From NCBI RefSeq assembly GCF_963921235.1, contig NC_086108.1, positions 25,420,001 to 25,484,000 on the forward strand: 64,000 nucleotides of DNA, written 5' to 3'. Shown piece after piece: positions 59,645 to 64,000 of the stretch. This DNA is from Mobula hypostoma. Its lineage: Eukaryota. How positions within the stretch are numbered: the stretch's first letter is position 1; each line of letters begins with the position of its first letter. The notes beneath the pieces were generated by a model that saw only the letters and a list, made by a program, of their open reading frames with translations, made no database searches and was not told the origin of the DNA. The position numbers and the translations under genes were made by a program.

Positions 59645-62600
59645 TCAGAACCCAGCCTTCCCTCCATACCCCGTGACCCCTGTAGCCACAAGGGCCATAT
59701 CTAACTTCCTTTTAAACATAGCTAATGAACTGGCCTCAACAGTTTGCTGTGGCAGAGAATTCCACAGATTCACCACTCTCTGTGTGAAGAAGTTTTTCCT
59801 AACCTCGGTCCTAAAAGGCTTCCCCTCTATCCTCAAACTGTGACCCCTCGTTCTAGACCTCCCCAACATCGGGAACAATCTTCCCGCATCTAGCCTGTCC
59901 AATCCCTTTAGGATCTTATACGTTTCAATCAGATCCCCCCTCAATCTTCTAAATTCCAACGAGTACAAGCCCAGTTCATCCAGTCTTTCTTCATATGAAA
60001 GACCTGCCATCCCAGGAATCAATCTGGTGAACCTTCTTTGTACTCCCTCTATGGCAAGGATGTCTTTCCTCAGATTAGGGGACCAAAACTGCACACAATA
60101 CTCCAGGTGTGGTCTCACCAAGGCCTTGTACAACTGCAGTAGTACCTCCCTGCTCCTGTACTCGAATCCTCTCGCTATAAATGCCAGCATACCGTTCGCC
60201 TTTTTCACCGCCTGCTGTACCTGCATGCCCACTTTCAATGACTGGTGTATAATGACACCCAGGTCTCGTTGCACCTCCCCTTTTCCTAATCGGCCACCAT
60301 TCAGATAATAATCTGTTTTCCTATTTTTGCCACCAAAGTGGATAACTTCACATTTATCCACATTAAATTGCATCTGCCATGAGTTTGCCCACTCACCCAA
60401 CCTATCCAAGTCACCCTGCATCCTCTTAGCATCCTCCTCACTGCTAACACTGCCACCCAGCTTCGTGTCATCCGCAAACTTGGAGATGCTGCATTTAATT
60501 CCCTCATCCAAGTCATTAATATATATTGTAAACAACTGGGGTCCCAGCACTGAGCCTTGCGGTACCCCACTAGTCACCGCCTGCCATTCTGAAAAGGTCC
60601 CGTTTATTCCCACTCTTTGCTTCCTGTCTGCTAACCAATTCTCCACCCACACCAATACCTTACCCCCAATACCATGTGCTTTAAGTTTGCACACTAATCT
60701 CCTGTGTGGGACCTTGTCAAAAGCCTTTTGAAAATCCAAATATACCACATCCACTGGTTCTCCCCTATCCACTCTACTAGTTACATCCTCAAAAAATTCT
60801 ATGAGATTCGTCAGACATGATTTTCCTTTCACAAATCCATGCTGACTTTGTCCGATCATTTCACCGCTTTCCAAATGTGCTGTTATCACATCCTTGATAA
60901 CTGACTCCAGCAGTTTCCCCACCACCGACGTTAGGCTAACCGGCCTATAATTCCCCGGTTTCTCTCTCCCTCCTTTTTTAAAAAGTGGGGTTACATTAGC
61001 CACCCTCCAATCCTCAGGAACTAGTCCAGAATCTAACGAGTTTTGAAAAATTATCACTAATGCATCCACTATTTCTTGGGCCACTTCCTTAAGCACTCTG
61101 GGATGCAGACCATCTGGCCCTGGGGATTTATCTGCCTTCAATCCCTTCAATTTACCTAACACCACTTCCCTACTAACATGTATTTCGCTCAGTTCCTCCA
61201 TCTCACTGGACCCTCTGTCCCTTACTATTTCTGGAAGATTATTTATGTCCTCCTTAGTGAAGACAGAACCAAAGTAATTATTCAATTGGTCTGCCATGTC
61301 CTTGCTCCCCATAATCAATTCACCTGTTTCTGTTTGCAGGGGACCTACATTTGTCTTTATCAGTCTTTTCCTTTTTACATATCTATAAAAGCTTTTACAG
61401 TCCGTTTTTATGTTCTCTGCCAGTTTTCTCTCATAATCTTTTTTCCCCTTCCTAATTAAGCCCTTTGTCCTCCTCTGCTGAACTCTGAATTTCTCCCAGT
61501 CCTCAGGTGAGCCACTTTCTCTGGCTAATTTGTACGCTACTTCTTTGGAATTGATACTATCCCTAATTTCTCTTGTCAGCCACGGGTGCACTACCTTCCT
61601 TGATTTATTCTTTTGCCAAACTGGGATGAACAATTGTTGTAGTTCATCCATGCAACCTTTAAATGCCTGCCATTGCATATCCACCGTCAATCCTTGAAGT
61701 GTCATTTGCCAGTCTATCTTAGCTAATTCATGTCTCATACCTTCAAAGTTACCCCTCTTTAAGTTCAGAACCTTTGTTTCTGAATTAACTACGTCACTCT
61801 CCATGTTAATGAAGAATTCCACCATATTATGGTCACTCTTACCCAAGGGGCCTCTCACGACAAGATCGCTAATTAACCCTTCCTCATTGCTCAAAACCCA
61901 GTCCAGAATAGCCTGCTCTCTAGTCGGTTCCTCGACATGTTGGTTCAAAAAACCATCCCGCATACATTCCAAGAAATCCTCTTCCTCAGCACCTTTACCA
62001 ATTTGGTTCACCCAGTCTACATGTAGATTGAAGTCACCCATTATAACTGCTGTTCCTTTATTGCACACATTTCTAATTTCCTGTTTAATACCATCTCCGA
62101 CCTCACTACTACTGTTAGGTGGCCTGTACACAACTCCCAGCAGCGTCTTCTGCCCCTTAGTGTTACGCAGCTCTACCCATATCGATTCCACATCTTCCCG
62201 GCTTATGTCCTTCCTTTCTATTGCGTTAATCTCTTTTTTAACCAGCAACGCCACCCCACCTCCCCTTCCTTCGTGTCTATCCCTCCTGAATATTGAATAT
62301 CCCTGAACGTTGAGCTCCCATCCCTGGTCACCCTGGAGCCATGTCTCTGTGATCCCAACTATATCATAATCATTAATAACAATCTGCACTTTCAATTCAT
62401 CCACCTTATTACGAATGCTCCTTGCATTGACACATAAAGCCTTCAGGCGCTCTTTTACAACTCTCTTAGCCCTTTTTAATGCTTGCCCTGGATTTGTCGG
62501 CCTGCCACTTTTACTTTTCCCCTTTGTACTTTTTGCTTCTACGCTCACTTTACACTCCTCTGTCTCTCTGCACTGGTTCCCATCCCTCTGTTGTGAACTA

Positions 62601-62665
62601 ACCTCCTCACACCTAGCCGCTTTAATTTGATTCCCACCCCCCAACCATTCTAGTTTAAAGTCACC
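59645..62665 (-). CDS. CR1 ORF2p: APE endonuclease + reverse transcriptase (open frame; no AUG before codon 202 of the track ORF)
   Basis: NARS, ITETW, YRPP, GDFN and SDHN (EN); YLDFQKAFD, GVPQGSVLGP and FADD (RT); the track ORF starts at TTG 62644 and the frame stays open up to TGA at 62666-62668. Confidence 0.95.
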   Translation of the reverse strand, partial: GDFKLEWLGGGNQIKAARCEEVSSQQRDGNQCRETEECKVSVEAKSTKGKSKSGRPTNPGQALKRAKRVVKERLKALCVNARSIRNKVDELKVQIVINDYDIVGITETWLQGDQGWELNVQGYSIFRRDRHEGRGGGVALLVKKEINAIERKDISREDVESIWVELRNTKGQKTLLGVVYRPPNSSSEVGDGIKQEIRNVCNKGTAVIMGDFNLHVDWVNQIGKGAEEEDFLECMRDGFLNQHVEEPTREQAILDWVLSNEEGLISDLVVRGPLGKSDHNMVEFFINMESDVVNSETKVLNLKRGNFEGMRHELAKIDWQMTLQGLTVDMQWQAFKGCMDELQQLFIPVWQKNKSRKVVHPWLTREIRDSINSKEVAYKLARESGSPEDWEKFRVQQRRTKGLIRKGKKDYERKLAENIKTDCKSFYRYVKRKRLIKTNVGPLQTETGELIMGSKDMADQLNNYFGSVFTKEDINNLPEIVRDRGSSEMEELSEIHVSREVVLGKLKGLKADKSPGPDGLHPRVLKEVAQEIVDALVIIFQNSLDSGLVPEDWRVANVTPLFKKGGREKPGNYRPVSLTSVVGKLLESVIKDVITAHLESGEMIGQSQHGFVKGKSCLTNLIEFFEDVTSRVDRGEPVDVVYLDFQKAFDKVPHRRLVCKLKAHGIGGKVLVWVENWLADRKQRVGINGTFSEWQAVTSGVPQGSVLGPQLFTIYINDLDEGIKCSISKFADDTKLGGSVSSEEDAKRMQGDLDRLGEWANSWQMQFNVDKCEVIHFGGKNRKTDYYLNGGRLGKGEVQRDLGVIIHQSLKVGMQVQQAVKKANGMLAFIARGFEYRSREVLLQLYKALVRPHLEYCVQFWSPNLRKDILAIEGVQRRFTRLIPGMAGLSYEERLDELGLYSLEFRRLRGDLIETYKILKGLDRLDAGRLFPMLGRSRTRGHSLRIEGKPFRTEVRKNFFTQRVVNLWNSLPQQTVEASSLAMFKRKLDMALVATGVTGYGGKAGF

Positions 62666-63412
62666 TCAGTAGCCCCCGCTAATCTCCCTGCCAGGATATT
62701 GGTCCCCCTAGGATTTAAGTGTAACCCGTCCTTTTTGTACAGGTCACACCTACGCCAAAAGAGGTCCCAATGATCCAAAAACTTGAATCCCTGCCCCCTG
62801 CTCCAATCCCTCAGCCACGCATTTATCCTCCACCTCATCGCATTCCTACTCTCACTGTCGCGTGGCACAGGCAGTAATCCCGAGATTACTACCTTTGCGG
62901 TCCTTTTTCTCAACTCCCTTCCTAGCTCCTTATATTCTTCTTTCAGGACCTCATCCCTTTTCCTACCTATGTCATTGGTACCTATATGTACCAGGACCTC
63001 TGGCTCTTCACCCTCCCACTTCAGGATATCTTGGACACGATCAGAAATATCCCGGACCCTGGCACCAGGGAGGCAAACTACCATCCGAGTCTCTGGACTG
63101 CGTCCACAGAATCGCCTATCTGACCCCCTTACTATCGAGTCCCCTATCACAACTGCCCTCCTCTTCCTTGCCCTACCCTTCTGAGCTACAGGGCCAGACT
63201 CTGTGCCGGAGGCAGGGCCACTGTCGCTTCCCCCGGGTAAGCTGTCCCCCCCAACAGTACTCAAACAGGAGTACCTGTTGTTAAGGGGCACAGCCGCCGG
63301 GGTACTCCTCATCACCTGCCTTTTCCCCTTCCCTCTCCTAACCGTGACCCACTTGTCTGCCTCCCGTGGCCCCGGCGTGACCACCTGCCTTCCACTCCTC
63401 TCTATCACCTCC
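62650..63412 (-). CDS. CR1 ORF1p C-terminal part: SGNH/GDSL esterase domain (N-terminus lost by truncation)
   Basis: IGDSIVR, PGA, HIGTND and DGLHLN blocks intact; homologous to ORF1 at 35971. Confidence 0.92.
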
Positions 63413-63519
63413 AGTGATAGTGGGAGCACTGGCTGTTTAGTGCCCCAGAGAGCATCTGACAAAATATTCTTGTGTTGAATATTATTCTTTAATATTTTTC
63501 AGAATAATAACCAGGTAAG

Positions 63520-63800
63520 ATTTGATTAAATCAGCAGTAAATTGATTTATCCTTGATTTATTAGCTTTAATCACTGCGTCAAAACACCACCTGATCTTAC
63601 ATGACTGAACATGACATACAAAAAAATAGGAAGAAATATTCCTAGCTGTATTGGAATAGAGTTTTTTCTAACAATAATGGTGAACTCCAATATGTTCTGA
63701 AGCTTTTAGTATGTTATTTTTAATGGAAGTAGCTTTATTTTAAAGCCTCCTCAGAAAATGTGTGCAAACAGCAGGAAATCGGGATGATGATTAATCTGAT
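63520..63800. promoter_or_regulatory. Candidate enhancer with clustered Pbx-Hox-like TGATTNA(T/A) motifs
   Basis: TGATTAAA 63523, TGATTTAT 63543 and 63554, reverse TGATTAAA near 63566, TGATTAAT 63788, all in non-repeat DNA. Confidence 0.25.
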
Positions 63801-64000
63801 ATGGACCTACGATCAGTTTTGTCCGAAGATTCAGCTTCAATCTAGCTCTAAAATTTGCACTATATATGATTGCACTAAAATTACGCAAACCTTTGCAAAG
63901 TGGACACAAATTCAAGGAGAATGGCACTGAAAAAAATAATGCATTTGAGTGGAAACTCCAACTCACAATGTTTTGGTAAAGAAAAATGATGAGACACAGG

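Larger units (their letters stand above)
59537..63412 (-). mobile_element. Very young CR1 LINE, 5'-truncated within ORF1, with intact ORF2
   Basis: (TTTCTATG)n tail, 3' stem-loop, uninterrupted ORF2 and uninterrupted ORF1 C-terminal part. Confidence 0.98.

Noticed and set aside
63413..63462. N-terminal extension MSDALWGTKQPVLPLSL of ORF1
   Set aside because: It is flanking DNA beyond the truncation point and starts at TTG; the same applies to the first residues of ORF 10403-11488
60027..63478. Plus-strand ORFs of 70-170 aa over the young CR1 (also over 10161-10865)
   Set aside because: They are antisense shadows of an intact coding frame with no independent motifs

Overview
Eukaryotic, repeat-dense, apparently intronic or intergenic DNA. 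The repeat mix (CR1/HER1-like LINEs with an esterase ORF1, V-SINEs, Rex1/Babar, Penelope, Charlie/Buster hAT, BEL/Pao) suggests a cartilaginous fish, probably a ray; this is an inference. No recognisable host gene is present, only a few weak candidate exons and enhancer-like patches. By eye, roughly two thirds of the window is transposon-derived, with many nested insertions that have readable target-site duplications (TSDs). It contains a very young CR1 with an intact 999-codon EN-RT ORF2 (59537-63412, -) and a ~99% identical truncated sibling (9671-11475). It also contains an older near-full-length CR1 (35.6-40.0 kb), a solo LTR with a perfect 5-bp TSD, a decayed BEL/Pao provirus, an internally deleted hAT element with 80-bp MITE relatives, Tc1- and Tigger-like MITEs, an I/Nimb-like LINE fragment and Penelope fragments. 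The most interesting signal is at the CR1 ORF1/ORF2 junction. A U_UUA_AAC slippery heptamer sits in -1 register immediately before the ORF1 stop and is conserved in two divergent subfamilies, while the intact ORF2 has no AUG until codon 202. This suggests -1 ribosomal frameshifting that yields an esterase-endonuclease-RT fusion. The second signal is five minimal hammerhead-ribozyme motifs in Penelope terminal repeats. Boundaries of old repeats are approximate and were read by eye.
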